IMG/VR virus record: IMGVR_UViG_3300044591_002232
Span: 1-64,000 of that record
DNA: 64,000 bases
Direction: 5' to 3' (one strand)
Below, piece after piece: positions 40,434-50,124 of this stretch. A program made the position numbers and the translations under genes. Below the pieces are notes generated by a model. It ran no database searches, was not told the DNA's origin, and worked only from the letters and a program-made list of their open reading frames with translations. How positions within the stretch are numbered: the stretch's first letter is position 1; every line of letters starts with the position of its first letter.

Positions 40434-40725
40434 TTATGGAACTCTTAGAAAAATTTAATGATTATTGCAATTTAGAATTTGCCTCTATGCCACATGGAAT
40501 GCCTGTTTCTTGTGAACACTTACAGTCAATTGTAATAAGAGGTGCGATTCAGGCATTTAATCAAAGGGAGGGGGTTAGAAAATCTATCGCTCCTTATGAA
40601 TTAGAAGAACTCGCAGACCTGATTGAACAGCAGGGTAACAGGACGGTTCAGGAAGTGTCCGAGGCTCATCGTCAGGCGGGTCTAGATGCCTTATAATACA
40701 TTTGTCAACAACGGAGTTTTAATCA

Positions 40726-40929
40726 ATGTCTAACAATTCTTCTTCATCTTCTAGCGGAATCGGATTTCCTGGTCTTTTGACTGTCTTGTTTATTGGTCTT
40801 AAACTGACTGGGTATATTAATTGGCCCTGGATTTGGGTGCTTTCACCGATTTGGATTAGTGTCAGTATCGTGGTTGCAATCATTTTGATCCTTGCACTTA
40901 TTGCACTTATTGCGGAGATGAACAAGTGA
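40726..40929 (+). CDS. Small phage membrane protein
   Basis: GIGFPGLLTVLFIGLKLTGYINWPWIWVLSPIW. Confidence 0.75.
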   Translation: MSNNSSSSSSGIGFPGLLTVLFIGLKLTGYINWPWIWVLSPIWISVSIVVAIILILALIALIAEMNK

Positions 40930-41137
40930 ATCTCATTCCACATTACCAAGGAACTTTTGAGGCATTCCGACACGAAGACAAACAATATGGGCGCCTTGAG
41001 TATCTCTCTGGTGCTTATGTTTGGTTCTCATTTGATTTCTTCACTGAAAGTTATCAAAGTTTTGAAAATGAACTAAACCATAACCGAGAATTGGTTAAAG
41101 AACTAGAAAATTCTTACAAACAACTTAAAAATTCATA

Positions 41138-41740
41138 ATGAGGGATACCAACTATTTTTCATTGGATTTGGAGTTGAACAATAAAAATGATGGAACTACT
41201 CCACGAATTATTCAGGTTGGCATTGCCTGGGGGAGTCCAATAAGACCCGAGGAAATCAAGACACACTCTTGGTATCTTGACCCTGAAGAAAATATTACAC
41301 CATTTATCACCGAACTCACAGGAATTACCGACGAAATTATCAAAGAAAAAGCAGTTCCTCACGATAAACTTGCCGAAGAATTCGGAATGCTTATATCTCG
41401 GGAGAAGTGTTTTGTCAACCCTGTAGTTTGGGGAGGTGGTGGAGAAGGAAATGATGCAACCGAACTCAAGGATGAATTCAGAGAAAGAGGAATTGTCTTC
41501 CCATACTTCGGTCGCAGAGTAATAGATGTAAAAACTCTATACGTCTTCAATCAAATGGTTCGTGGCAAAACTCCTTCTGGTGGTCTAAGAAAATCAATGA
41601 TTTCTTATGGCCTTAAATTTCAGGGAACTCCTCATAACGCTTCCAATGATGCACTCAACACTCTTCGGTTCTTCTTCTATTTTTTAGAACGTCAGAAAAT
41701 GTTTGAAGATTACAAAGAGTTGATGGGCGGTCTTAAGTAG
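41138..41740 (+). CDS. DEDDh 3'-5' exonuclease (DnaQ-like)
   Basis: SLDLE, LTGIT, IDVKTL, HNASND. Confidence 0.9.
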   Translation: MRDTNYFSLDLELNNKNDGTTPRIIQVGIAWGSPIRPEEIKTHSWYLDPEENITPFITELTGITDEIIKEKAVPHDKLAEEFGMLISREKCFVNPVVWGGGGEGNDATELKDEFRERGIVFPYFGRRVIDVKTLYVFNQMVRGKTPSGGLRKSMISYGLKFQGTPHNASNDALNTLRFFFYFLERQKMFEDYKELMGGLK

Positions 41741-43460
41741 GACACTCGACGAACTGGAACATATGCACTTTACGGGGGTCATTTTTGGCCTATAATAATC
41801 TTGTACCTCACAAAAATCTAATGTCAACTAAGCACTACCTTTTGATTGCTGGAGACGAATATTATCCTTCTGACTGTACCGGTGATTGGATTGAATGCTA
41901 CGAAACCAAAGAGGAAGCAATAGAAAAATGGGATGAAATATCAAATAGGTATGATTGGTATGAAATTGTTGATTTGAGGGACTGGATGAACCGATGACTA
42001 AAGACGAAATCCCCTTTATTATAGGTCTTTTTGTTGCTTTATTTTTGTCTCTTTCATTATGGCTCCATCTGATTTTTATTGTTCCAATTGGAAGAGAAAA
42101 TGACTGACAACGAAAGACTTAAATCTTCGGACTTGTTTGACTTTGATAACTGGACCTATAATATTCTTAGGGAAGATGTTAAAAACAACTTCTTTCAAGA
42201 GATATTCACATTTAAAAAGTATAGGACCAGATATTGGATAGCCGCAGTTAGAAAGGGTCCTTATGTGAAAAAGAGAGATATGAAGATTCTTTGCTATGGA
42301 ATTTATGTCCCCGGACAGTTTTGTTTTAATTCTCCAAATTGGATTTCATCGGGATATTATAAAATAAAATACTGGAACAACTCGCAAGAACCCATGGATA
42401 TTATTAGACACCTGAGAGCCAAACTAGATGTTGAGGCTCTTCCGGAAAATCTAGTCTTTTCATCTGATGATATTTAAAATGACCACCGAAAAAGAAATTC
42501 TACAACAAGCCGCCGATAAGGCCTCGGAAATTCTACAAATTCCGAACAGATACATTGATACAGTGAAGTTTCTTCAACTTTACTCACTTCTTCATGTTGT
42601 CGTTGGCGGCGATGGAGAAAATATGAGGTGGTTCCTCATGACCCATAACAAACATTTAGGGTTCTGTCCTGCCGCAAAGCTGACCGAAGAATATTATCTT
42701 GATAAAATTATTGCTTACTTGGAAACTTATGTAGACCCATGAACACAAAACAACAAAATAAAAAACTACAGAAAATGCTCCAAGACCTAAAGGACACTTT
42801 TTAAACTGGCACACTGGAGATAAAATCTGGTGTGTTTTTGGGTTATTATAATTAAGTACACAAAAAGAACTTCCACGACACCCTGTATTTCTTGGATTTG
42901 GGGATCCCGATGACTTATGATTGAAGACCTAATTGAAAATCCATCCGAAGAGAATAGGCAAAAATATCTAGATTTTGTGAATCAAAAAGAATATGATCTG
43001 ATTGTCGAGGCCCACGAGTTTCCACCAAAATCCCAGGAGTTTTTCGATAAAAAAAGCGAGGCCTTTGCTTTTAGGAGGGAATCTGCTAAGATTCTCCTGA
43101 ACCGATGGGTCGCCAAATACGGAACAGCTGAAAATTGTCCGGTTTCTTATGCAGACACCCTAAATGTACCGTTTCAACAAATTAAACCACCAAAGGAGAA
43201 TAATTAATGGATTATGATAAAGTATGGGAATCCATGAATTCCTTAGAAGGAACCATCTGTAATGCTTGTAGTGTTCGTGAGGTCATTGAGACTGCTATTA
43301 CTGCACTTGAAGAGCGAGATTATAAGAAGGCCGAAGCCCTGATGAATGCTTCTTATCAGTTTCTACAATATTTTATTGATGATTTTGATACGCATTTTAG
43401 AGTTGCCTGGGATGAAACCGTTGGTAAGTGTAAAAAAGAAGATCCTTCTCTATCTAAATT

Positions 43461-43868
43461 ATGAAAGAAATTCTCAAAAAAGTTAATTATTTCTTCCTGA
43501 CTCTTATCAGGAACGAGCCGACTTCCCCGGCCCTGTCTAAAATTATCAATCAGTATCTAGATGACCCGGATACGACTATTGTAATCCATGACGAATACTC
43601 ATGCACTCTTCAACACCCAACCTTTAAAATATTGCCCTTATGGATTAATAATTACCCTTATTGTTATGGGTTTCTTTATCCGGCTAATTTTAAATGCACT
43701 CTAGCCGATTTAAAAAATTATGAGGAACTCAAAAAGATTTTTGGTCGAAAACTTCCTGATCGAAAGACCGTCTGTCGTCTGCACGAGGCCGTAGAAAATA
43801 AAAAGAAAGAATTGGGATACTATCCCGATTCAGTAGAAAAACGAGCCAGGGAAATTCTCAATGTTTAA
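43461..43868 (+). CDS. Hypothetical protein
   Basis: LWINNYPYCYG motif; coupled ORF. Confidence 0.7.
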   Translation: MKEILKKVNYFFLTLIRNEPTSPALSKIINQYLDDPDTTIVIHDEYSCTLQHPTFKILPLWINNYPYCYGFLYPANFKCTLADLKNYEELKKIFGRKLPDRKTVCRLHEAVENKKKELGYYPDSVEKRAREILNV

Positions 43869-44133
43869 TTTATTTCTTCTAACACTTCTCACTTGTAATC
43901 AGGTTTTCGAGCTTTATAAAAGATTGATAACCAATCCTAGTCTCACTGAGACTCAAAAAAAGGAAATTATAGTAGAAATTCAGAAAGTAGTCAAATCGTG
44001 TCCTGTGATTATTAAAAACAAATAATCTGCACGACATACGCATCACATACGCATCATCCCTTTAAATCCCAGCCATTTGCCCTATAATAGTCACAGGACA
44101 GTCAAAGTCCAGTTGACCCTTGCTAAAGACATC

Positions 44134-44526
44134 ATGAAACCACTTGCTTATTATCAAACAACATCGGTATCAATTGCCAAAAAGGACGACTATACGACCA
44201 TTTATTACTATCGCAAAGGGGTAATGGTAGGGATAAAAAGGCAATTTGATGATGATTTCAAACCACCAAAGAACTGTGTAGAAGAAAAGGTTCTTGATGA
44301 AGTATCATATAATGCCCACCTAAAGCATTATTATGAAGAACAAGATAGACTGAAAAATGAATTCCAAACCGACCTGATTGCAGAATACAATATGGTCAAT
44401 CACCCAAAGGCAAACAGGATTTTTGATAAGGCCTGGGAACTGGGGAAAGGAAATCCTGAAGAAGTCGAATATTATTTCCAGGATCTAGTAGAACTTTTTA
44501 ACGAAAATATTTCTTACAAAAACTAA
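44134..44526 (+). CDS. Hypothetical protein, paralogue of 34936..35319
   Basis: ATG 44134 (MKPLAYY) aligns with the paralogue start. Confidence 0.7.
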   Translation: MKPLAYYQTTSVSIAKKDDYTTIYYYRKGVMVGIKRQFDDDFKPPKNCVEEKVLDEVSYNAHLKHYYEEQDRLKNEFQTDLIAEYNMVNHPKANRIFDKAWELGKGNPEEVEYYFQDLVELFNENISYKN

Positions 44527-44829
44527 ATCATGTCACTCACTATAGAAGAGATCCAAAACCAAATTAACACTCTTCAGCAAACCTTAGATCAGCTAAAAAA
44601 TCCAAAACTAGAAATTTCTAGGCACTTTACGGGTCAGTATTTTGCTCCTTATAAAGGAGTTTTTTACCGAAGAATGGAATCCGAGGGTGTTGCGATTTGG
44701 GAAACTTTTCTGGAGCCATCAGAAAGATGGGTTGCGGTCACCGCTAAAGAACTTAAAGAACTAGAAAACATTTTTCAGTCTGATTGCATTACAAAAGAAA
44801 AAGGCGATGATTAAACACCGCCTGGTAAA

Positions 44830-45078
44830 TTATGTGGCTGAGACCAATGATCCATCTTCTTCGGGTGGTTCATTGGTTTTTTCTGTTTCTGGACTTCTCA
44901 ACTGATAAATGGTCGCGTCCTGAGTAACATTCGTCATATCACCAAAATTGATCATGTTTTGATCGATATTGGCAATTTGGCTGTCAATCACATTATAAGG
45001 ATAATATCTCCTGTAATAATATGGATCAATATTATAATAACGCCTATAATAAGGATAAGGCCTAAATCGATAATGCAT
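44830..45078 (-). CDS. Tyr/Arg-rich small protein with a Q/N-rich C-terminal motif
   Basis: AGGAG RBS; YYRRYY repeats, then SQIANIDQNMINFGDMTNVTQ. Confidence 0.75.
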   Translation of the reverse strand: MHYRFRPYPYYRRYYNIDPYYYRRYYPYNVIDSQIANIDQNMINFGDMTNVTQDATIYQLRSPETEKTNEPPEEDGSLVSAT

Positions 45079-45090
45079 TTTTAAGTCTCC

Positions 45091-45219
45091 TTAATAATAG
45101 GGGTAGTAGGAATAATAAGGATACCATCTATTGTAATAGGGATAGCACCTATTCCAATAATAGTCGTCATAACAATATCTCCGCCTGTGGTACGGATAGT
45201 ATGGGTAGGGGTAGTACAT
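45091..45219 (-). CDS. 42-aa tyrosine-rich peptide (20 Tyr)
   Basis: AGGAGA RBS, ATG at 45219: MYYPYPYYPYHRRRYCYDDYYWNRCYPYYNRWYPYYSYYPYY. Confidence 0.7.
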   Translation of the reverse strand: MYYPYPYYPYHRRRYCYDDYYWNRCYPYYNRWYPYYSYYPYY

Positions 45220-45964
45220 TGAGTTCTCCTGCTTGGGATGGGATATCAAATGTCCAAATGTCGTATGCCTCTTTTTCAATATAATCAAAAGGAATCCAAC
45301 AATAGCCGTTGTCTCCCCAATCAGACCCAAAACTATTCTTTGCCAAAAATAGTCTCTTATTTAAATCATAACCAACCATACACATAGCATGGCCTCCAAG
45401 ATTTCTTTCCTTTCTAGAAGGAAAAGTAACAGTAGAAATACGCTCATTTAGATCCATAAAACTTTCATAAATGGTCATTCCAAATACAACTGGTTTGTTG
45501 TTGTTTATCACCTGGGCAATATAATAGGTGCTTATAAGTTTTTGGTAATTAAGAATTTTTCTTTTTATACCGTCCTCATATGCCTCTTCACTTGGTTTTA
45601 TGTTGAATTTGTCTATATCATAAGGCCATAATTTTTCACAACACACTCCATATTTGGATAATGATTTCATGCCATCCCTAAGAAACATTCCCTCGTCTTC
45701 TTCGATTATTCCGTGCTCAAGGCGTGTATTATAATAAACAAATAATCTACTTAGATGAGTAAACTGTTCAGGATAATTTCGATTAACGCAAAGTTCATAG
45801 GCATTTGTTATTGCATTGGCGGCGCAACTACCTAAATCGTCTTGCGATTCGACAATTGTATCCCATTCACGGAGATCTACGGATTCCCGCAAGATCTCTG
45901 TGCTATCGTTTCGGTAAATAAAGTCTCTAGTGTCAATTTGAGATGGTTTAATATTAAATTTCAT
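45167..45964 (-). CDS. Papain-like cysteine protease (C1A)
   Basis: Oxyanion Gln and catalytic Cys in QDDLGSC, His in GGHAM, Asn in KNSFGSDWGDNGY; LSRLFVYY; no signal peptide. Confidence 0.92.
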   Translation of the reverse strand: MKFNIKPSQIDTRDFIYRNDSTEILRESVDLREWDTIVESQDDLGSCAANAITNAYELCVNRNYPEQFTHLSRLFVYYNTRLEHGIIEEDEGMFLRDGMKSLSKYGVCCEKLWPYDIDKFNIKPSEEAYEDGIKRKILNYQKLISTYYIAQVINNNKPVVFGMTIYESFMDLNERISTVTFPSRKERNLGGHAMCMVGYDLNKRLFLAKNSFGSDWGDNGYCWIPFDYIEKEAYDIWTFDIPSQAGELNVLPLPILSVPQAEILL

Positions 45965-45973
45965 GGTTCTAGG

Positions 45974-46507
45974 TTAAATAATGTGCCAATCGCCGCCACG
46001 ACAAATTATGTTGATTGAATCATAAGGTACTTCAATAATGTACTCATCATCACCGTCAATTAATGAGCCATCCAAAGTCGTAATGGTGACTTTACGATTT
46101 CCGAGTGGTGGACCCATTTCTGCCTTTACGATGATCTCATAACAGTCGATGCAGTTTTCAGGTAGTGTAATAGTAACAGGTTCGTTGCTGTTGACACCGA
46201 TATAGTAATCATCGCAAGTAGCATCATAATCATCTGAAACCAGGATGCTTTTGCATTTACAGGTACACACTCCTGGCTCCCCTGGGGGTCCTGGGGGTCC
46301 TGGGGGTCCTGGGGGTCCTTCATTGCAGTGGTTGATAGTGTCCCTATCATCAATTTTGATGATAGTTTTATCGCCACGATCATTCAACATCGATGTTATT
46401 TCAGATCGAGTTGAATTAATGGCACCCTCTAGGGCTGGGTCATTATTTCTTTGATATTGGGCCAAAAGATTATAAAGATCAATGAGTTTTCTTTCTGCTG
46501 AGTCCAT
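45974..46507 (-). CDS. Short-collagen (GPP)4, Cys-rich protein with a fibre-head-like C-terminal domain
   Basis: GPPGPPGPPGPPGEPG-VCTCKC, then DYYIGVNS..VTITLP..IIVK..IDG..PY.S. Confidence 0.8.
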   Translation of the reverse strand: MDSAERKLIDLYNLLAQYQRNNDPALEGAINSTRSEITSMLNDRGDKTIIKIDDRDTINHCNEGPPGPPGPPGPPGEPGVCTCKCKSILVSDDYDATCDDYYIGVNSNEPVTITLPENCIDCYEIIVKAEMGPPLGNRKVTITTLDGSLIDGDDEYIIEVPYDSINIICRGGDWHII

Positions 46508-46523
46508 AGTTATTCTCCTTTTT

Positions 46524-46547
46524 AAAAAAGGGGGAGTTACCTCCCCC
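46524..46547 (-). terminator. Intrinsic terminator inside the minus-strand operon
   Basis: Minus strand GGGGGAG-GTAA-CTCCCCC followed by a U-run, between the first and second genes. Confidence 0.75.
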
Positions 46548-46566
46548 AGATAACTACTGAATTAAA

Positions 46567-47361
46567 TCAGCGTACAGCGTTGCTGGTTGAGGACTGACCA
46601 ACACCGGCCATGGTTCCGAAGTTAACCATACCTTGACGGGTCTCAGCAATTTGGCTGTTTAGGGCATTTAGCTGAGAGTTAACCTGGGAAGACAGGGCTG
46701 CAAATTGCGTATTGACGAGACCATCTCTGGCACCCCAATAGTCGTGGCGGCAATGTTGGAGATCAGTGTTGCGCTCAATAAGAAGACGATTGAGTTCATC
46801 ATTCTTGAGAGAATTGATGAGGTCACGGGTCTTCTCGTTTTCATAACCGACCTGCTTGCTAAGTTCAAACTTGCTCTCGGCAATTTCCTTGCTGAGTTGA
46901 GATTGACCTAGGGCAACAGCGGCGGCAACTTTAGCGGACTCAAGAGCAGTAGCAGTGGCCCCCCTTTCAGCAGTGAGAAGAATCTCGGTGCTGAGTTTTT
47001 GGGAGGCCATGTCTGTAGTTGCTTTTAGAGCCGCAACATCACGGGAAGTATCAAAATCTCTTGCTTGGCCAGCAAGATAGAAATCAGTGGCTCTTTGCTG
47101 AATCTTATCAGCGGCCTCATCGACTTTAACCTGAGTATGATAACCAGTGGTTAAAATATCACGGTTGGTTGATTCAGCGTGATCGGCAATTGCATACTTG
47201 ATTTCGCCTTGACCGACTGCATTAGCATAACGGTTATCGGCTGAGCGAGTAGCAACATCATAACGAATCTCGCCGCGCTCTACAGAACCTTCTCTACGAA
47301 TGTCTGAGTGCTGACCGGCAAGAATAGACCAGGGATCCGGTGCATAAACTGTGTCTGGCAT
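46567..47361 (-). CDS. 264-aa hendecad/coiled-coil protein with a Q/N-rich C-terminal motif
   Basis: AGGAG RBS before ATG 47361 (MPDTVY); 11-residue periodicity GEIRYDVATRS/ADNRYANAVGQ/GEIKYAIADHA. Confidence 0.85.
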   Translation of the reverse strand: MPDTVYAPDPWSILAGQHSDIRREGSVERGEIRYDVATRSADNRYANAVGQGEIKYAIADHAESTNRDILTTGYHTQVKVDEAADKIQQRATDFYLAGQARDFDTSRDVAALKATTDMASQKLSTEILLTAERGATATALESAKVAAAVALGQSQLSKEIAESKFELSKQVGYENEKTRDLINSLKNDELNRLLIERNTDLQHCRHDYWGARDGLVNTQFAALSSQVNSQLNALNSQIAETRQGMVNFGTMAGVGQSSTSNAVR

Positions 47362-47599
47362 TTGTTTTTCTCCTAAGGAAAAGAAAGGGTGGTTTGTTGG
47401 TAACACAATCTAATTCCTTCCTGACATAATGTCAGACGAGTCGGTTCTACAGGCGGCTGCAAATGAGTCGTCTGAGATTATTTCTCTTAGAATTGGATTA
47501 TGTTACCCAATTAGAGGAGAAGCATTAATGAAAGAGCCATTTCTGGAATCTTTTAGTAATACATCTTATTCTCTAAAGAGGAGAATTTCGTCTCCTGTT

Positions 47600-47863
47600 T
47601 TATTTAGTAAATTCGGAACGCCATTTTAAAAACCCGGCAATTGTATTTGGGTATTTTGGTTTTGCCCGACCTCTTGGTTTCTTTTGGGTTTTTATAAAAC
47701 ACTCATAATCAGACCAATTAAATGTTGGAATGGATCGATCTTGCTCAAGGCTTACCCAAAAGGTGGATTCATTTTTTAAGTGATCTTTCCACAAGGTAAA
47801 GGTGGCAAAAATTAATAACCAACCGAGTTTTATGTTTGAACAGAATTTTTTAATAGAAATCAT
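47600..47863 (-). CDS. Hypothetical basic protein
   Basis: 87-aa ORF with a basic C-terminus. Confidence 0.5.
   Translation of the reverse strand: MISIKKFCSNIKLGWLLIFATFTLWKDHLKNESTFWVSLEQDRSIPTFNWSDYECFIKTQKKPRGRAKPKYPNTIAGFLKWRSEFTK
47601..47608 (-). promoter_or_regulatory. Late-promoter-like ACTAAATA heading the minus-strand operon
   Basis: Same box as the other late-like sites, ~240 nt upstream of ATG 47361. Confidence 0.55.
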
Positions 47864-47906
47864 ATGCTCTTTTAATGAACTTAATATTATATATGGGGTT
47901 TAGGGC

Positions 47907-47935
47907 TTGACAAATTGGTGGATCCGTGCTAGTGT
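47907..47935 (+). promoter_or_regulatory. Canonical sigma70-type promoter
   Basis: TTGACA-17 nt-TAGTGT with an upstream TG; drives the gene at 47958. Confidence 0.7.
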
Positions 47936-47957
47936 GGAGCACCAGACCAGATGGAGC

Positions 47958-48155
47958 ATGACTGATTTAATTACTTTTACACAAACATCAGACGAGCCAT
48001 ATTTACGGCACGATTACAAAATCCACTTCATAAATAAGAAGACCAGAACATTTAACAATTACCAGGACGTACTTCAGACTTGGTTTCAGACACCAAGTGA
48101 ACTTTTAGATTATGTCGAGATTTTAGACTACCGAGAAAAAGCGAAGGGGTTTTAA
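47958..48155 (+). CDS. Hypothetical protein (MTDLITFTQTS..)
   Basis: GGAG RBS; YxRHxYK motif. Confidence 0.7.
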   Translation: MTDLITFTQTSDEPYLRHDYKIHFINKKTRTFNNYQDVLQTWFQTPSELLDYVEILDYREKAKGF

Positions 48156-48205
48156 AATGCAAATTAACTGGTTTAACGTATTGATAGATCTTTATATTAT
48201 CTGGT

Positions 48206-48622
48206 ATGGATTTAATTACGGAAAAAATAAAGATGATAAGTAAACCAATTTTAGGAACAGAAAATAAAACAAAAATGTCGTGGGCCGAGTATATTTTTAC
48301 TCACGTTCTTCCTACCTGGGTTCAGGTTTTTAGAATGAACTTTAGAATCTGGTCTGACCTAATGACAGATAATTTAGATAATTATGCTCTTCTAAAAAAT
48401 GATGATCCACTAGAAGAATGTTTGGGTTGGTTTTGGTCTAGTCTCGGTGAAGATGAGGTTTATCCAAAAGAGTTTCTAGAACATCTACTTCAGATGGTTG
48501 ATGATATTGACACTGGTAAGGTAAAGACTTATACATTAGAAGAATGTAGGGAAGACCTAAAACTTTTAGGAGTGGACGATTCTGAAAGTGACCACTTAGG
48601 CTCCAAATCTGGTTTAAATTGA
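48206..48622 (+). CDS. Hypothetical protein
   Basis: 138-aa ORF. Confidence 0.65.
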   Translation: MDLITEKIKMISKPILGTENKTKMSWAEYIFTHVLPTWVQVFRMNFRIWSDLMTDNLDNYALLKNDDPLEECLGWFWSSLGEDEVYPKEFLEHLLQMVDDIDTGKVKTYTLEECREDLKLLGVDDSESDHLGSKSGLN

Positions 48623-48655
48623 GTTAAACTGTGAAAGTTCAAAGGAAAATTATTA

Positions 48656-48940
48656 ATGACTGACCCTATCCACATTGCACTAGACCGACTACATGACTAT
48701 GCAGTTGGCCATCCTAATCATGACACTGATGAGATAGTGGAAGCCGCCATCGCCGCCATCGCCGCCGAACGGGAAGCATGTGCGCGGATTTGTGATAAGC
48801 AATACGAAAGGGCACGAACCAGCACAGGTGCAGCACGAGCCGATGCCTGCGCCACGGCTATTCGCGCCCGCACCGCCCTGACAAAAGAACAATTTACCGC
48901 TTCTAGTCAGTTTATCGAAAAAGATGATGACCAAATTTAG
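48656..48940 (+). CDS. Chimeric hypothetical protein spanning the AT-to-GC junction
   Basis: AT-rich N-terminus, then GC-rich AIAAIAAEREACARIC. Confidence 0.6.
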   Translation: MTDPIHIALDRLHDYAVGHPNHDTDEIVEAAIAAIAAEREACARICDKQYERARTSTGAARADACATAIRARTALTKEQFTASSQFIEKDDDQI

Positions 48941-49448
48941 ACAGCTGCCTGGCCAAGATGTCTTAAGGGAGCTTTTCCGCTACAGCGACTCCGATGGCGC
49001 ATTGTTCTGGAAGTATCGCCATAACAGTCAAATCGATCTGAGCAAACCCGCTGGCTGGCTGCAGCAAAATGGCTATCACGGGATTGCTGTGAACGGAGTC
49101 AAGTACAAGAGACATCGTATCATCTGGTGTTTCTTTAATCGTGATCCCAGGGAAATGGAAGTGGATCATATTAACGGAATCAGGAATGATGATAGGATCG
49201 AGAATCTGAGATTGGCTACCCGAACTCAGAATCAATACAACCGTCCCGTCCTTTCTACCAATAAGTGCGGACTAAAAGGTGTTTCACCTCACCATAACAA
49301 GTGGCGTGCGCAAATTCAAGATAGCAATGGACGGAATAAGTTTTTAGGTACTTTTGCTACACCAGAAGACGCTGCAGCAGCCTACGCAAAGGCTGCTCTT
49401 GAGCTTCAGGGTCAGTTTGTCCACCAATCCCTTACCACTCATGTCTAG
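48924..49448 (+). CDS. HNH endonuclease with C-terminal AP2 domain (homing-endonuclease type)
   Basis: HRIIW, EVDHINGIRNDDRIENLRLAT, GVS..KWRAQI..FLGTF.TPEDAAAAY. Confidence 0.9.
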   Translation: MMTKFRQLPGQDVLRELFRYSDSDGALFWKYRHNSQIDLSKPAGWLQQNGYHGIAVNGVKYKRHRIIWCFFNRDPREMEVDHINGIRNDDRIENLRLATRTQNQYNRPVLSTNKCGLKGVSPHHNKWRAQIQDSNGRNKFLGTFATPEDAAAAYAKAALELQGQFVHQSLTTHV

Positions 49449-50124
49449 TCATCAGTTGCCCAGCAAAAATAACCACCCATCCCGCCCGGACCTGTCCAAA
49501 ATGACAAGCAATCTTTTATCGGATGGTGGCTACGAAGCCAGCTCAATGTGGACTGGCCATGGAACACGGCAGGTGGCCCAGCACGAGCCTGAGGTGGCGG
49601 GGCCAGTCACAGATGGCCGTCCCATGAACCAGTCTTACTGGTTGGCATTACTCAACCACGATGCCTATGCAGCATCATTCCAATCAGTGGGCCAGTACCG
49701 ATCAGCATTGATCGAACGTGCGTCATCACCACGGGCCCAGCCCGAGCGAGAGGGACCGACAGATGAAGAGTGGGAAGACCTAAAGGAGCGCCTGTGGGAT
49801 CAGTACCAAACCGTTGGTTATCAAGGCGAGCGCTTTATGTACGACGCCGATTTCTACACGGCGCTTGATGTTGCCCGCCAAGAGATCACCCGCCACGCCC
49901 GCCCCACCATCGAGCCGGTGCCCGTGGCTGAGCGGCTGCCGGGACCGGAGGATTGTGATGCCAAAGGAAGATGCTGGGTCGGATGCCCTGAATTCAGCGA
50001 CGACGGCGATTACGGACCGACCACGTTTAACCCATCTTGGGAGCTGGCACCTTTCGCCCAAGGGGACACCCACTGGCGCCCCCACAACGCCCTGCCGGTG
50101 CCCGGTGCGGAGGTGCAATCGTGA
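49441..50124 (+). CDS. GC-rich hypothetical protein with a DUF551-like C-terminus
   Basis: EPVPVAERLPGPEDCD..GRCW...THWRPH. Start at ATG 49441 or 49501 is uncertain. Confidence 0.65.
   Translation: MSSHQLPSKNNHPSRPDLSKMTSNLLSDGGYEASSMWTGHGTRQVAQHEPEVAGPVTDGRPMNQSYWLALLNHDAYAASFQSVGQYRSALIERASSPRAQPEREGPTDEEWEDLKERLWDQYQTVGYQGERFMYDADFYTALDVARQEITRHARPTIEPVPVAERLPGPEDCDAKGRCWVGCPEFSDDGDYGPTTFNPSWELAPFAQGDTHWRPHNALPVPGAEVQS

Noticed and set aside
44035-44056. Tandem CATACGCATCA duplication in an intergenic promoter region
   Set aside because: Only two copies of 11 nt; likely slippage with no evident function.
45167-45964. C1A protease as the prohead protease or a lysis enzyme
   Set aside because: T4-like prohead proteases are gp21-type serine proteases in the head module; this gene has no signal or cell-wall-binding domain and sits in a separate operon.
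49354-49440. N-terminal extension of ORF 49354..50124; also ORFs 49780..50118 (-) and 49814..50179 (+)
   Set aside because: They overlap the HNH-AP2 gene or the main ORF and are expected open frames in GC-rich DNA.
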